Positions 27,352 to 38,137 of a stretch of DNA of 64,000 nucleotides are shown piece after piece. Position numbers and translations under genes: made by a program. Every line of letters starts with the position of its first letter. Position 1 is the stretch's first letter. The notes beneath the pieces were generated by a model. That model saw only the letters and a program-made list of their open reading frames with translations. It made no database searches and was not told the origin of the DNA. Source of the stretch: Methanobrevibacter sp. (GTDB lineage: Archaea; Methanobacteriota; Methanobacteria; Methanobacteriales; Methanobacteriaceae); NCBI RefSeq assembly GCF_017409525.1, contig NZ_JAFQSO010000007.1, positions 26,826 through 90,825 of the forward strand. Direction: 5' to 3'.

Positions 27352-29430
27352 ATGATTAAAATGGAAAATTTACCTGATGAAATTAAAGCAATAATAAATG
27401 ATGCATATCCTTACATTAAAGAGTTCAATCCTGCTCAAAAAGCAGTTATCGAATCAGGATATTTAGATGACACATCAAATTACATTATTTCAATTCCAAC
27501 AGCAAGTGGAAAAACTGTTCTGGGAGTACTTCCTGCACTTAAAACTATTCTCCAAGGTGGAAAAGCAGTTTATGCTGCCCCTCTTCTTTCAATCCAAAAT
27601 GAAAAAGTAAAGGAGTTTAAAGCATTTGAAAAGCATGGAATCAATGTGGGAAAACACCCATCCAGTTCAGATTTATCAGTCATGGTTTTTGAGTCATTTG
27701 ATGCACTAACACGATTTTCATGGGACAATCTGCGTGACGTTGACACATTAATCATCGATGAATTTCACATGATTGGAGAATTCACCAGAGGCCCTACACT
27801 TGAAGCTGCAATAACTAGGGCAAAAATTATAAACCCTTCCATGAGAATCATTGCCCTTTCTGCAACATTGAGAAATATTGAAGAGATTGAAGGATGGCTT
27901 GAAGGGACATGCATTGAACACGACTACAGGCCCGTCCCATTGAATAAAGAGGTCCTTGATGCGGAAATGTTCAATACCAAAAATAAGAATGATGTCATTG
28001 TTAAGGTAATCGAGAAAGCAATCAAAGACAAATCACAGGCTTTGGCCTTCGTGTCAACAAGAAGGTTTACAGAAAGCTTAGCCACTTACGTTTCTGGAAA
28101 AATCAGCAAAAAAATAAACGTTAAGCAAAGGGAAAAATTCAAAGAAGTCGCTGAAAAATTGCTTGAAGTGCCAAAAAAGAAAGGCTCCCTTCCAACAACG
28201 ACCTGTGTCAAGCTAGCTGAAGCGGCTGAAAAGGGCGTCGCATTCCATCATGCAGGACTATTCAATGAACAGAAAGAAATCATTGAAGATGAATTTAGAA
28301 AAGGAAACATTTTAATGATTACTGCAACACCAAGTTTAATGTATGGAGTCAATCTGCCTTCAAAAACCGTGATTATTAGGGACCATACACGCTGGACAAG
28401 CAATGGACCTCAACCGATTCCTGTTTTTGACTATGAGCAGATGTCAGGGAGAGCCGGAAGACCCCAATATGATGATGTGGGATACTCATATCTCATCGCC
28501 AAAACAATGGATGAAGCTCTGAATTTACAAGAATACTATGTTGAAGGAGAAATTGAATTAACCAACTCCAAATTGGTGGACAATAAAGACGCAATCTACA
28601 GGCAAATCATAGCCCAAATCGCCTCAACACTTTCAAAAGACATTAATGATTTAACTGACTTTTTTGGAAAAACGCTTTATGGATATCAAATGAGCAACAA
28701 TCCCTCAATGTCACTATTTGCAGAGGATAGCCTAAAGTATGAGCTTGAGAATGCATTGAGCTTTTTGCTTCAAAATGGAATCATAAGAGCAACACCCGAA
28801 GGGCTTAAAACTACTGAATTTGGAAATCTAATTGCAAAATCCAATTACAGCGTCGAAACAGCTGTAAAAATAAAAGAATATATTTCAACCATGAGCGAAA
28901 TGAATGTTGAGGAGTTCATCTATGCACTTTCCGAAACTCCAGATTTGCCGTTAATCTCATTTAAAGGAAGAAAATCAAAAGATCCTGTTCGTGACAAATT
29001 ATCCGAAGTAGGATTATTTGCAGTAGATATTGGAAACCCCGAAGCGACAACAGTTTCCCTAATTGAATGGATCAATGAGAGAAGCGAATATGAAATTGAA
29101 AACAAGTATAACGTTTATTCCGCTTCAACTAGAAGATCCGCTTATGAAGCGTCACGCCTTGTGAGATTTGCTAAAAATACATCAGAGGTTTTGGGAAATT
29201 ATTCCAATCTAAAAGACTTCGATTTCCTATCTGCTAGACTATACTACGGTGTGAAAGAAGACATAATACCATTAGTCGTTGGCGTAAAAAGACTTGGTAG
29301 AAAAAGAGCTAGAAATGTGGTTGAAATATTTGGTAACGATTTAAGTGGTGTATCTCAAAAAGAACTGCAACAAATTGAAGGAATCGGACCTAAACTTGCT
29401 GAAAAAATTAGATTGTTTTGTGAAAAATGA
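27352..29430 (+). CDS. Ski2/Hel308-like SF2 helicase
   Basis: PTASGKT, DEFH, SAT, FHHAGL and QMSGRAGR motifs; C-terminal helix-hairpin-helix (GIGPK). Confidence 0.92.
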   Translation: MIKMENLPDEIKAIINDAYPYIKEFNPAQKAVIESGYLDDTSNYIISIPTASGKTVLGVLPALKTILQGGKAVYAAPLLSIQNEKVKEFKAFEKHGINVGKHPSSSDLSVMVFESFDALTRFSWDNLRDVDTLIIDEFHMIGEFTRGPTLEAAITRAKIINPSMRIIALSATLRNIEEIEGWLEGTCIEHDYRPVPLNKEVLDAEMFNTKNKNDVIVKVIEKAIKDKSQALAFVSTRRFTESLATYVSGKISKKINVKQREKFKEVAEKLLEVPKKKGSLPTTTCVKLAEAAEKGVAFHHAGLFNEQKEIIEDEFRKGNILMITATPSLMYGVNLPSKTVIIRDHTRWTSNGPQPIPVFDYEQMSGRAGRPQYDDVGYSYLIAKTMDEALNLQEYYVEGEIELTNSKLVDNKDAIYRQIIAQIASTLSKDINDLTDFFGKTLYGYQMSNNPSMSLFAEDSLKYELENALSFLLQNGIIRATPEGLKTTEFGNLIAKSNYSVETAVKIKEYISTMSEMNVEEFIYALSETPDLPLISFKGRKSKDPVRDKLSEVGLFAVDIGNPEATTVSLIEWINERSEYEIENKYNVYSASTRRSAYEASRLVRFAKNTSEVLGNYSNLKDFDFLSARLYYGVKEDIIPLVVGVKRLGRKRARNVVEIFGNDLSGVSQKELQQIEGIGPKLAEKIRLFCEK

Positions 29431-29444
29431 AAAAAATAGGAGGA

Positions 29445-29744
29445 TTAACCTCCACCTTCAGCAACACTTGAATCCATTTGCATGTTTTCAAGTTTTTCTG
29501 CTTTTTCTTTTAAAGCTTCTACATCCAGTTCATCATTGCCGTCATCATCGAATTGTTTCTTTAAATCTTTTTCATCAAGCAATTCGACTAGACTTGAACG
29601 ATACCATAAATTAGTTTTATCGATTTTGACCCAATCAACACCATCAGTGGTTTTTACATCCAGGACCTTGCCGATTGTTCCCGTATCGACATATCTGACA
29701 TGTGAATCAAGAGCAATCTCTTTATCTCTTGCATCAAAAGCCAT
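29445..29744 (-). CDS. Conserved methanogen protein (DUF2098-like)
   Basis: VRYVDTGTIGKV...LWY pattern; acidic tail ending EGGG. Confidence 0.7.
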   Translation of the reverse strand: MAFDARDKEIALDSHVRYVDTGTIGKVLDVKTTDGVDWVKIDKTNLWYRSSLVELLDEKDLKKQFDDDGNDELDVEALKEKAEKLENMQMDSSVAEGGG

Positions 29745-29762
29745 AATACTACCTTTTTAAAT

Positions 29763-30032
29763 TTATTCGTCGTCGACTTCAATAGTAGCTTCAACAGTTT
29801 CTTCGTCTTGTGGTTTTGGAATTTCCTTGTTTAAAATGACATATGCTCCAATGGTAGCTATATCATCAAATTCAATTTCAAGTTCATCTTTAGAGAAGAG
29901 ATTTTTTTGTAAAGTCAATGTGATTTTTTCAATTTGACCTGTTTCTGCATTGAAATCAACATTGTCAACTTTACCTACTTCATATGCCTTTTTATCTAAA
30001 ACGGTAGAACCTAAAAAGTCTCTAATTTTCAT
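29763..30032 (-). CDS. PRC-barrel domain protein
   Basis: GSTVLDKKAYEVGKVDNV...IATIGAYVIL. Confidence 0.85.
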   Translation of the reverse strand: MKIRDFLGSTVLDKKAYEVGKVDNVDFNAETGQIEKITLTLQKNLFSKDELEIEFDDIATIGAYVILNKEIPKPQDEETVEATIEVDDE

Positions 30033-30137
30033 AATTTCACCTTCATAATTATTAATATAATATTATATTGAATAAACAAGTATTTAAATAAATACAATTA
30101 TATAACATTAACTATTAATTTAATCGCTGGTGAAAAA

Positions 30138-31802
30138 ATGGAAAAAGCATGTCGAATTATTATTGAAGATATCCTAAATGGCAAAATATCTACTCGACGT
30201 GACCTTGAAGTTGAAAAAAGACAGCTCTGCAGGGATTTGAAACTATCCAGATTCATGAGCAATGCCGACATACTGGAATATGCAAAACCTGAAGAAAAGG
30301 AAATCGTTTCAGGGATTCTGAAGAAAAAGCCTACAAGGACAATGTCCGGCGTTGCAATCGTTGCAGTCATGTGTCATCCGCATAAATGCCCTCATGGAAG
30401 ATGTTTTTATTGTCCTGAAAGTGAAATAGCCCCTCCAAGCTATACTGGTGAGGAACCGGCTGCGCTTAGGGGAAGAATGTATGAATTTCATCCATATGTC
30501 CAATGTTTTAACAGGTTAAAGCAACTGAAAAAAATTGGCCATCCCATCGATAAAGTGGAACTAATAATAATGGGAGGAACATTTCCATCAAGAGATTTGT
30601 GCTATCAGGAATGGTTCGTTTCACAATGCCTTAAGGCAATGACTGATTTTGGACTTATAATTGAAAATAAGCCAACGAATTATGACTATAATCTAGATTG
30701 CAATGAAATCAGAAGTTTCGAAAAGGGAGTGTTCAAAGCATATCCCCCGAATGACTATGTCTTAATAGAGGACATCCAAGGAGCAAATGAGAATTCCAAA
30801 GTAAGATGCGTTGGAATGACATTTGAGACCCGTCCGGATTACTGCAAAAAAGAGCATATCAACAGGATGTTGGATTTTGGAGTTACAAGAGTAGAACTGG
30901 GCGTGCAGACTTTATCTGATGAGTTATACAAGAAAATAAAAAGAGGCCATACGATAGCTGACGTTATTGAATCCAATCAGCTTCTAAGAGATTCCGCAAT
31001 AAAAGTGGCAATGCATATGATGCCTGGACTTTTTGTAGATGAAAAGCAGGACCTTAAAATGTTTAAAAGGCTATTCAGTGATGATAACTTTAAACCGGAC
31101 ATGCTTAAGATTTATCCATGTCTTGTTACGAAAGGCAGTGAACTGTATGATTTGTGGGCCGAAGGCAAATACAGTCCTTACACTGATGAACAGGCCGTCG
31201 ATTTGATTGTAAAAATCAAAGAGATTCTTCCGAAATGGGTAAGAACCATGAGAATACAAAGGGACATTCCTTCAACCCTCATTGAAGCGGGCGTCAAGAA
31301 ATCCAATTTAGGAGAACTCGTTTACAACAAACTCGATGAAAAGCATATCAGCTGCCAATGCATAAGATGCCGTGAAATAGGGCACAAGAAAACTTCAAGA
31401 GAATATGAATTGGATGAATTTGAGATGTTTAAGGAAACCTACACGGCATGTGAAGGTGAGGAAAACTTCTTATCCATTGAAGATGTAAATGAAGAGAGCA
31501 TTGCAGGATTTTTAAGACTGCGTTTTCCATCTGAAAATCATTTCAGAGCGGAAATTTCAGACAAAACCTCACTTATCAGAGAACTGCATGTATACGGCAA
31601 CATGATAAAAATTGGAGATAAAAATCCAAAAATTGGCCAGCACACCGGATTTGGCGAAAAACTCCTAAAAGAAGCTGAAAGTCTATCTATTGATAAAGGA
31701 TATGAGGAAGTGGCCATCATCAGTGGAATCGGGTCCCGAAATTATTATCGTAAATTCGGATATGAAAAGGTTGGCCCTTACATGAAGAAAAGACTGATAT
31801 GA
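30138..31802 (+). CDS. elp3: Elp3 tRNA uridine(34) carboxymethyltransferase (radical SAM + KAT)
   Basis: [22 protein letters not shown] and QHTGFG motifs. Confidence 0.96.
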   Translation: MEKACRIIIEDILNGKISTRRDLEVEKRQLCRDLKLSRFMSNADILEYAKPEEKEIVSGILKKKPTRTMSGVAIVAVMCHPHKCPHGRCFYCPESEIAPPSYTGEEPAALRGRMYEFHPYVQCFNRLKQLKKIGHPIDKVELIIMGGTFPSRDLCYQEWFVSQCLKAMTDFGLIIENKPTNYDYNLDCNEIRSFEKGVFKAYPPNDYVLIEDIQGANENSKVRCVGMTFETRPDYCKKEHINRMLDFGVTRVELGVQTLSDELYKKIKRGHTIADVIESNQLLRDSAIKVAMHMMPGLFVDEKQDLKMFKRLFSDDNFKPDMLKIYPCLVTKGSELYDLWAEGKYSPYTDEQAVDLIVKIKEILPKWVRTMRIQRDIPSTLIEAGVKKSNLGELVYNKLDEKHISCQCIRCREIGHKKTSREYELDEFEMFKETYTACEGEENFLSIEDVNEESIAGFLRLRFPSENHFRAEISDKTSLIRELHVYGNMIKIGDKNPKIGQHTGFGEKLLKEAESLSIDKGYEEVAIISGIGSRNYYRKFGYEKVGPYMKKRLI

Positions 31803-31855
31803 AAATATTTAAATATATGTTCGTATAAATACTAACTAATCAAGAGAGTGGTACT

Positions 31856-32593
31856 ATGGTAATATATAATATTAAAAACTCAAAAGAATTAGCAAGTTAC
31901 ATCAACTACACTAATTTAAACAACTTAATCACCGAAGCGGAAATGAGAGAATTTCTTGAAAAAGCAAAAGAGCTAAATTTTAATTCAGTGATCATATCAC
32001 CGACATACGTTCCGTTAGCCAAAGAAATTTTAGCTGACACCGACATCAAAGTGGGAAGCGTTGTCGGATTTCCTTTAGGTTTTGAAAGCACTGAAAGTAA
32101 GGTGGCCGAAGCAAAATCCTTAGTCGAAAATGGAGCCGATGAAATCGAAGTAGTGGCCAATCTAAGCTATATAAAAGATGAAAAATATGACTTGCTTGAA
32201 GCTGAAATAAGCCAAATAAAGGCAGCCATAGGAGACAAGACCCTCAAAATCATTATTGAAACCAAAGCATTGGAAGACTATCAAAAGGCAAATATCGCAA
32301 AAGCCGCAGAAAAATCCGGAGCTGATTTCGTCAAAACCGCAACAGGATTTGTGAGTCCGAACCACATATTCGAAAATGTCAATGACATCAATATCTTCCA
32401 GAAGCATGCTCCAAAAATAAAAATTGAAATAAACGGAGGCATTAACGATTATAAAACTGCCAATCAAATATTAACTGGCGGTGCAGATAAAATTGGAAGT
32501 GATTTCGGTTATGAGATTGTTCAAAGATACAAGGATTTAAGAGAAAACACCCAAGTAACACCAAAACCTATCACTCTAACCAAAAAGGATTAA
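31856..32593 (+). CDS. deoC: Deoxyribose-phosphate aldolase
   Basis: VGFPLG, GADEI, KIIIET and FVKTATG motifs. Confidence 0.9.
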   Translation: MVIYNIKNSKELASYINYTNLNNLITEAEMREFLEKAKELNFNSVIISPTYVPLAKEILADTDIKVGSVVGFPLGFESTESKVAEAKSLVENGADEIEVVANLSYIKDEKYDLLEAEISQIKAAIGDKTLKIIIETKALEDYQKANIAKAAEKSGADFVKTATGFVSPNHIFENVNDINIFQKHAPKIKIEINGGINDYKTANQILTGGADKIGSDFGYEIVQRYKDLRENTQVTPKPITLTKKD

Positions 32594-32682
32594 TGTGGCA
32601 ATTCCACTTAATCCAATTATTTTTTAAATAGCTAGAAAATCATCACAAAAAAATAAATTCTAGTAAAAATAGTAAAAAAGAA

Positions 32683-32755
32683 TGCCATGTGCCGGACTTG
32701 AACCAGCGACATCTAGATCTTCAGTCTAGCGTTCTCCCATCTGAACTAACATGGC
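32683..32755 (-). tRNA. tRNA-Phe(GAA)
   Basis: GCCATGT acceptor stem; CTAGA-CTGAAGA-TCTAG anticodon arm; TTCAAGT T-loop; no encoded CCA. Confidence 0.96.
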
Positions 32756-32758
32756 ATA

Positions 32759-32830
32759 TGGACCGAACGAGATTCGAACTCGTGATCTCCTCCACGTCAA
32801 AGAGGAATCATACCCCTAGACCACCGGTCC
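32759..32830 (-). tRNA. tRNA-Val(GAC)
   Basis: GGACCGG acceptor stem; CCTCT-TTGACGT-GGAGG anticodon arm; ACGAG-TTCGAAT-CTCGT T-arm; 3-nt spacer to tRNA-Phe. Confidence 0.93.
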
Positions 32831-32862
32831 TTATACAACATAATATAGTTTAGAACAAGTGA

Positions 32863-32878
32863 TATATAAAGTTTTCTT
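32863..32878 (-). promoter_or_regulatory. TATA box/BRE of the tRNA-Val-Phe transcript
   Basis: aagaaaac-TTTATATA about 33 nt upstream of tRNA-Val. Confidence 0.6.
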
Positions 32879-32989
32879 AAGAGTATGAAAATAATTAAAA
32901 ATAGTTAAAAATAAAAAAAATTGACCAAAGAAATGGCCAATAGATTTTATTATAGAAAGCTTTTTTTTGAAAATAACCAATTAGTAAAT

Positions 32990-33190
32990 CTATTTGATTG
33001 CTAATTTGATATCTTCAGCTTTTACAGTTTTTCTACCAGCGTGGCGTGCGAAATTAACAGCTTTTTGTGCGATTTCGTCACCTTTTTCTTCTAATGCTTC
33101 AGCTAATGCAATTTTTGCATCGTCACTAATTCTTTGTGCGCCAGCATTTTTTAAGATACGACCGACTGGTGCGATTGGTAATTCACTCAT
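32990..33190 (-). CDS. Archaeal histone (HMf-type), 66 aa
   Basis: [22 protein letters not shown]...[12 protein letters not shown]. True start is ATG 33190 with GGAGGTG RBS; the ORF-track start at 33280 is too long. Confidence 0.97.
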   Translation of the reverse strand: MSELPIAPVGRILKNAGAQRISDDAKIALAEALEEKGDEIAQKAVNFARHAGRKTVKAEDIKLAIK

Positions 33191-33389
33191 TATGACACCT
33201 CCAATTAAATGATAGTACACAATAGTATATAAAGGTATCGGTAAAAATGAATAAAAATCGCCTATATTATAACACATCAATTATTTCTATATGCTTTTGA
33301 AAACCAAATAAAAATAGATAAATTATATAAAATTAAAGGATAAAAATTAGGTGAAAATATGAAAATAAGTTATTACATTAACTTAAAAA

Positions 33390-34670
33390 TTATTCTTTCA
33401 ATAATTCGCTTTTAAGGTATGTGGCTGTTGCATCAGTTATTTTTACCTTAACGAATGAACCTAATTTAACATCATCAACAATTACAGGAATATACGAATC
33501 AGTTTTTGCAATAAATCCGCCTTTAGAACCTTTTTCTACAACCAATACCTTTTGAGTGGTTCCAACCAGTTCCCGGTTTTCATTTTCGGTTATTTTTGAT
33601 TTAATTTCTGATAAAAATTTTGATCTTTTCTTCATCACATCAAAAGGAACCTCACGAAGTGAAGATGACAGGGCACCCTTTCTGTGCTGATACTTTGACA
33701 AATGTATCAAACTTGGCTTAACATTTTCAAGAAATTTCACAGTTTGGTCAAAATCGTCATCATTTTCTGTCGGATAACCTACAATAATATCAACTGCCAA
33801 TGTCAAATCAGGAATTTCATTTCTAAATTTGGATACGATATCCAAATATTGGATTATGGTGTGACCCCTCCTCATGTCTGATAAAACCTTGTCACTACCT
33901 GATTGTACCGGCAAGTGAATGAAATCATATACCTTCGGATGTTTTATTGCATCGATTATTTCATCAGCATTGCCCAAAACATTTTTAGGATGCATCATTC
34001 CAACACGTACTCTGAAATCTCCTTTTAAATTAGCCACTTCTTTGATTAAATCAGATAGGTTTTCACCGCTGTCACGACCGAATGCAGCAGTGTCCTGAGC
34101 AGTGAGTTGAATCTCGCAGGCCCCATTTTCAATGGCCATCCTGGCCTCTTCAACAATGTCTGCAATAGGATAGCTATTCAATGGCCCGCGTGCAAAACGA
34201 GTGCAACAGAATGTGCATGCACCTAAGCATCCTTCACAGATTTGAATAATATGAATCAAACTATCGTCCGTTAATTTGGGAACGCCCACTTTAGTGTCTT
34301 TTGAAAATCCGCATTCGCGAATTACTTCCCCACAATAAGTGTCCATAACCACATCAGCAGACTTGTTTAATTGATGAGGCCCAATCCATGAACAATTTGG
34401 CCCTATCTTATCCAATTTTTCAGGATCTATTTCAACCATGCATCCGCTGACAACAATCTTCTTTTCAGGATATTTTTCCTGAAGCCGCTGGATTTTGTGT
34501 ATCATCTTATTTTCGGTGGGCAATTTAACATAGCAGGTATTCACAATAATCACATCAGCCGATTCAATATCATCAACAATGACTATGTCATTTTCAACCA
34601 AAACACCAGCAATAATCTGTGCATCCGCCTTGTTGAATGTGCATCCGTAAGATTCAATATACGCTTTCAT
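33390..34670 (-). CDS. mtaB: tRNA t6A methylthiotransferase (archaeal MtaB/MiaB-like)
   Basis: UPF0004 N-terminus (YGCTFN, NTC); CLGACTFC radical SAM motif; TRAM domain. Confidence 0.9.
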   Translation of the reverse strand: MKAYIESYGCTFNKADAQIIAGVLVENDIVIVDDIESADVIIVNTCYVKLPTENKMIHKIQRLQEKYPEKKIVVSGCMVEIDPEKLDKIGPNCSWIGPHQLNKSADVVMDTYCGEVIRECGFSKDTKVGVPKLTDDSLIHIIQICEGCLGACTFCCTRFARGPLNSYPIADIVEEARMAIENGACEIQLTAQDTAAFGRDSGENLSDLIKEVANLKGDFRVRVGMMHPKNVLGNADEIIDAIKHPKVYDFIHLPVQSGSDKVLSDMRRGHTIIQYLDIVSKFRNEIPDLTLAVDIIVGYPTENDDDFDQTVKFLENVKPSLIHLSKYQHRKGALSSSLREVPFDVMKKRSKFLSEIKSKITENENRELVGTTQKVLVVEKGSKGGFIAKTDSYIPVIVDDVKLGSFVKVKITDATATYLKSELLKE

Positions 34671-34682
34671 AAAAATCCACGC

Positions 34683-35303
34683 TTAAGAAGTTTTCTTAAC
34701 AATATCCTTAGTCAAATCATAATCATAGTTGCTGAATTTAACAGGTTTTGAATAAACTCTTGTAATTACTGCGGCCTTTGCAAAACCGGAAGTCAATTTT
34801 CTCTCCTGGGTCTTTACAACATGCACCTTTACAACATGTTTATCTATCTTGACAATGTCTCCAGGGGCAATTTCGAAATCCCTTTCCAAATCCAATTTAT
34901 AAGAGTCGACTTCACCATGCAAATCTACAGAAAAACCAATACGGGCCGGAATTTCAATAGAATTGGCCCAAATAGTATTTATATCTTCAAGTTTAGCTTT
35001 TTTTACTCTTTTATCTCCAACTTCAATGCTTGTGACTTCAACCTGACCCATATCTGAAAGCAATACATCACCGCTTTTCAATTCATCACTTGGAGATAAT
35101 TCTATTGTTGTTTTATGAGATTTATCTTGCTCTGAAATAATTAATCTATAAGGCCTAGGCTTTTTTAAAGAGATGACATCTTTAAAAACATGACCGCAAT
35201 CTTCACATTTCAATAAGTATTCTTCTGTTAGCTTTTTCTTTGATGATTTCTGTTTCGAGTTTAAAATTTCAACATCATCACTACCACAAATCGGACAATC
35301 CAT
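34683..35303 (-). CDS. HVO_0476-family zinc-finger protein
   Basis: CPICG...CEDCGH zinc ribbon followed by the conserved archaeal domain. Confidence 0.75.
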   Translation of the reverse strand: MDCPICGSDDVEILNSKQKSSKKKLTEEYLLKCEDCGHVFKDVISLKKPRPYRLIISEQDKSHKTTIELSPSDELKSGDVLLSDMGQVEVTSIEVGDKRVKKAKLEDINTIWANSIEIPARIGFSVDLHGEVDSYKLDLERDFEIAPGDIVKIDKHVVKVHVVKTQERKLTSGFAKAAVITRVYSKPVKFSNYDYDLTKDIVKKTS

Positions 35304-35329
35304 TTTTAATACCTCTTAAATTATAAAAA

Positions 35330-35815
35330 TTATTCTTTATCATTCAGATAATGGTTAACTAAACCACCATCTTCCAAAATATTTAACATGAACTCTTTAA
35401 ATGGTTCGAAAGTAGTTGATTCACCGGTGGTTTCATTTATTAGTTCTCCTTTGGACAAATCAATGCTCATAATGTCCCCGTCTTTTGCTTCGATATCTGA
35501 TACGATGACCGGCAAACCAATGTTAATAGCATTCCTGTAGAAAATCCTTGCAAAAGACTTGGCGATGATTGCATCAACACCAGCAGTTTTGATGGCCACT
35601 GGAGCTTGCTCTCTTGAAGACCCGCATCCGAAATTTTCATCAGCTACAATAATGTCTCCTTTTTCAACATTCTTTGTAAAGTCCGGACGTTCGCCTTCAA
35701 GAACATGATCCGCCAAATCCTGAGGATTGAATGTTCTCAAATACCTTCCAGGAATTATCACATCAGTGTCAATATTTTCTCCGAAAGTCCATGTTTTTCC
35801 TTTAATAATATCCAT
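35330..35815 (-). CDS. hacB: Homoaconitase small subunit (3-isopropylmalate dehydratase family)
   Basis: DTDVIIPGRYLRT (YLRT loop), NFGCGSSREQA. Confidence 0.88.
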   Translation of the reverse strand: MDIIKGKTWTFGENIDTDVIIPGRYLRTFNPQDLADHVLEGERPDFTKNVEKGDIIVADENFGCGSSREQAPVAIKTAGVDAIIAKSFARIFYRNAINIGLPVIVSDIEAKDGDIMSIDLSKGELINETTGESTTFEPFKEFMLNILEDGGLVNHYLNDKE

Positions 35816-35920
35816 TTATATCACTAGGCAATAATCTATAAAAATAATCTAAAAAAATACAGAAGTATTTGGGAAAACCCAAATACTGAAATAAGTTTTA
35901 AGGTGATTTGAAAATTTTCT

Positions 35921-37426
35921 TTAATTTTTTGATTTCAATGGTTTTGCAAATTCCTGTTCAACATCTTGACGATACATTGAATTCATGGTACAGAACGGAA
36001 TGATTCTACCGTCAGGAGTTGCATAATGAATCACGCATTTTTTAACCCTATCCTCATCGAAATTGAATGGATCCATGAAGTGCATACAGGAAATAAGCAT
36101 TGCATCCTTGGAAAAGTCTCCCAGAGCATCATAAGACCTTTTGGTAAATACATTTAATAAAATTCTAGAAATATCTAAGTTTTCAGGAGATTTGCTTTTA
36201 TGAACCATTCTTGGAAGTCTCTTGGTTGCGCTAGCTAAAACTCTTTTCTTTGCAGCAAACTTGCCTTCAAGAATAATATCTGCATACTCATCTATCTTTT
36301 CACATAAATCCTCAACATCAATGAAGTCAGTGATAGGAATCAGTTTATCTTTGCCCGGCCCTTCTGTTTTGTCCCTAAATACATAAGTGGCTATTCCACA
36401 ATGTTGATGACAATTCAAGGTTACTTTTGGCCTGTCTTCACCATCAAGAGCGGAAATGAACCTAGCTATAGGTTCAACAAATGAAGGTGGGTAAAATGCA
36501 TCGGTTGAAACCTGACCGTCACTTTCATCTTCAATAATTTTTACAAAGTCAGGGATTGTAATTCTTTGCTCTTCCACTTCATCGGCAGGGGTTCTTCCTG
36601 CAAATGAAACTGGTTGGAAATTAACGCCGTAAATAATATCATTATTGTCAAATGCGAACTTGATGATTTCTCCGACTTGGTGGTCATTCACTCCTTTGAT
36701 TAAAGTAGGAACCAATACCATTCCCAATCCTGCTTTTCTACAGTTTTCAATGGCCTGCAACTTTTGAGGAAGCAAATCTTTTCCCCTGTTGTTAATGTAT
36801 GGTTCCGGAGTAACACCATCAAATGCCAAGTAAATTGTATTACAGCCGGCTTCTTTCAATTCTTTTGCAAGACTTTCTTTTCTAGCTAACCTCAAACCAT
36901 TTGTAGCTATTTGAACATGAGTAAACCCTTCTTCTTTTGCCATGGCAACAAGTTCCACAAGGTCCTTTCTGACTGTAGGCTCTCCACCAGCATATTGAAT
37001 AGCTGGGCATGGATAAGGTTCTAGGTTTCTTAAATTCCTAAGCATCTGCCTAATTTCATCTTGAGTAGGCTCATACAGGTATCCTGCAGCAGCCGCATTA
37101 GCAAAACAAACCGGACATCTTAAATTACATCTGTTTGTTACATCGATTAATCCCAATACAGTTGAAGTTTCATGTTTTGAACATAATCCGCAATTGCTTG
37201 GACAAGGTGCAGAATCCTCAACGGAAGGATTATTGACAGCTGTAATTGACGGAGTAAATTTTTCAGCCCTTTTATATAATTCTTCATCTCCCCAGTAAGT
37301 GTTTACGAATTCCCCATGCTCATCACAAGTTTTTTTGATGAAGACTTTGCCGTCTTCACTGAAAACTTCAGCATCAAGAGGCTTGCCACATTCTGGGCAT
37401 AAACTTTTCGTATCTTTAATTTTCAA
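35921..37426 (-). CDS. tes: Tetraether lipid synthase / GDGT-MAS (MJ0619 family radical SAM)
   Basis: N-terminal CPEC...CDEH, CPSNCGLC, CNLRCPVC SAM motif, and C-terminal HCG/ISCMHF/CVIHY/IPFC cysteines. Confidence 0.9.
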   Translation of the reverse strand: MKIKDTKSLCPECGKPLDAEVFSEDGKVFIKKTCDEHGEFVNTYWGDEELYKRAEKFTPSITAVNNPSVEDSAPCPSNCGLCSKHETSTVLGLIDVTNRCNLRCPVCFANAAAAGYLYEPTQDEIRQMLRNLRNLEPYPCPAIQYAGGEPTVRKDLVELVAMAKEEGFTHVQIATNGLRLARKESLAKELKEAGCNTIYLAFDGVTPEPYINNRGKDLLPQKLQAIENCRKAGLGMVLVPTLIKGVNDHQVGEIIKFAFDNNDIIYGVNFQPVSFAGRTPADEVEEQRITIPDFVKIIEDESDGQVSTDAFYPPSFVEPIARFISALDGEDRPKVTLNCHQHCGIATYVFRDKTEGPGKDKLIPITDFIDVEDLCEKIDEYADIILEGKFAAKKRVLASATKRLPRMVHKSKSPENLDISRILLNVFTKRSYDALGDFSKDAMLISCMHFMDPFNFDEDRVKKCVIHYATPDGRIIPFCTMNSMYRQDVEQEFAKPLKSKN

Positions 37427-37567
37427 ATTATCACCTTCACTAACAATATTACACCATTAGCACAAACTTCATAATATTATATATTTAAATTAATTAAATA
37501 TTTAAACTTATTCAATATATATACTAGTTATAATATAATATATATAAAAAATATTGGAGAAAACTCA

Positions 37568-38134
37568 ATGAATATTGATATTCAAATGATTTTAATTGCA
37601 TGTGTTACTACACTCTACTTTATCCTTCCAGCATACTTTTCAAACGGAGGGGGACTGGTCTTTGGCGGAGGCCTTCCGGTAGATTTCGGAAAAACCGACA
37701 GCAAAGGCATTCGTTGGATAGGCGATGGAGTTACCTGGAGAGGGTTAATTGGCGGGACACTAATCGGAATTTTGACAGGAGCCGTCCAAGGATATTTCGG
37801 CCCGCAAATACTTGCAGCATTTGGACAATACATCATAACTCCAATAATCACCGACATCCCTAGCGGAATAGTAATCGGATTTTTGCTTGGTTTCGGTGCT
37901 CTTTTAGGTGATGCTCTAGGCAGTTTTTTAAAAAGAAGATTGGGAATTGGTCGTGGAAAACCTGCCCCAATTTTAGATCAGCTCGATTTTTTAATAGTTG
38001 CATTGCTGCTGGTTTCAACAGTTGTTGAACTTAGTCTGCTCTTCATCATAATAGCTATCGTATTGACATTAGCAATTCATTTAATATCCAATTCTTGCGC
38101 TTATTTACTTGGCTTAAAAGACGTGTGGTACTGA
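37568..38134 (+). CDS. carS: CDP-archaeol synthase
   Basis: PAYFSN, PVDFG, GDGVTWRG, GDALGSFLKRR and LDQLDF motifs. Confidence 0.93.
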   Translation: MNIDIQMILIACVTTLYFILPAYFSNGGGLVFGGGLPVDFGKTDSKGIRWIGDGVTWRGLIGGTLIGILTGAVQGYFGPQILAAFGQYIITPIITDIPSGIVIGFLLGFGALLGDALGSFLKRRLGIGRGKPAPILDQLDFLIVALLLVSTVVELSLLFIIIAIVLTLAIHLISNSCAYLLGLKDVWY

Positions 38135-38137
38135 TAT

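Noticed and set aside
32683-32830. tRNA pair as an integration site for the NRPS island
   Set aside because: It is 7 kb from the island, no duplicated tRNA 3' end was seen, and the island repeats are unrelated to tRNA sequence
32990-33280. 96-aa N-terminally extended histone as given in the ORF track
   Set aside because: A strong GGAGGTG RBS precedes ATG 33190, giving a normal 66-aa histone; the extension is AT-rich promoter DNA
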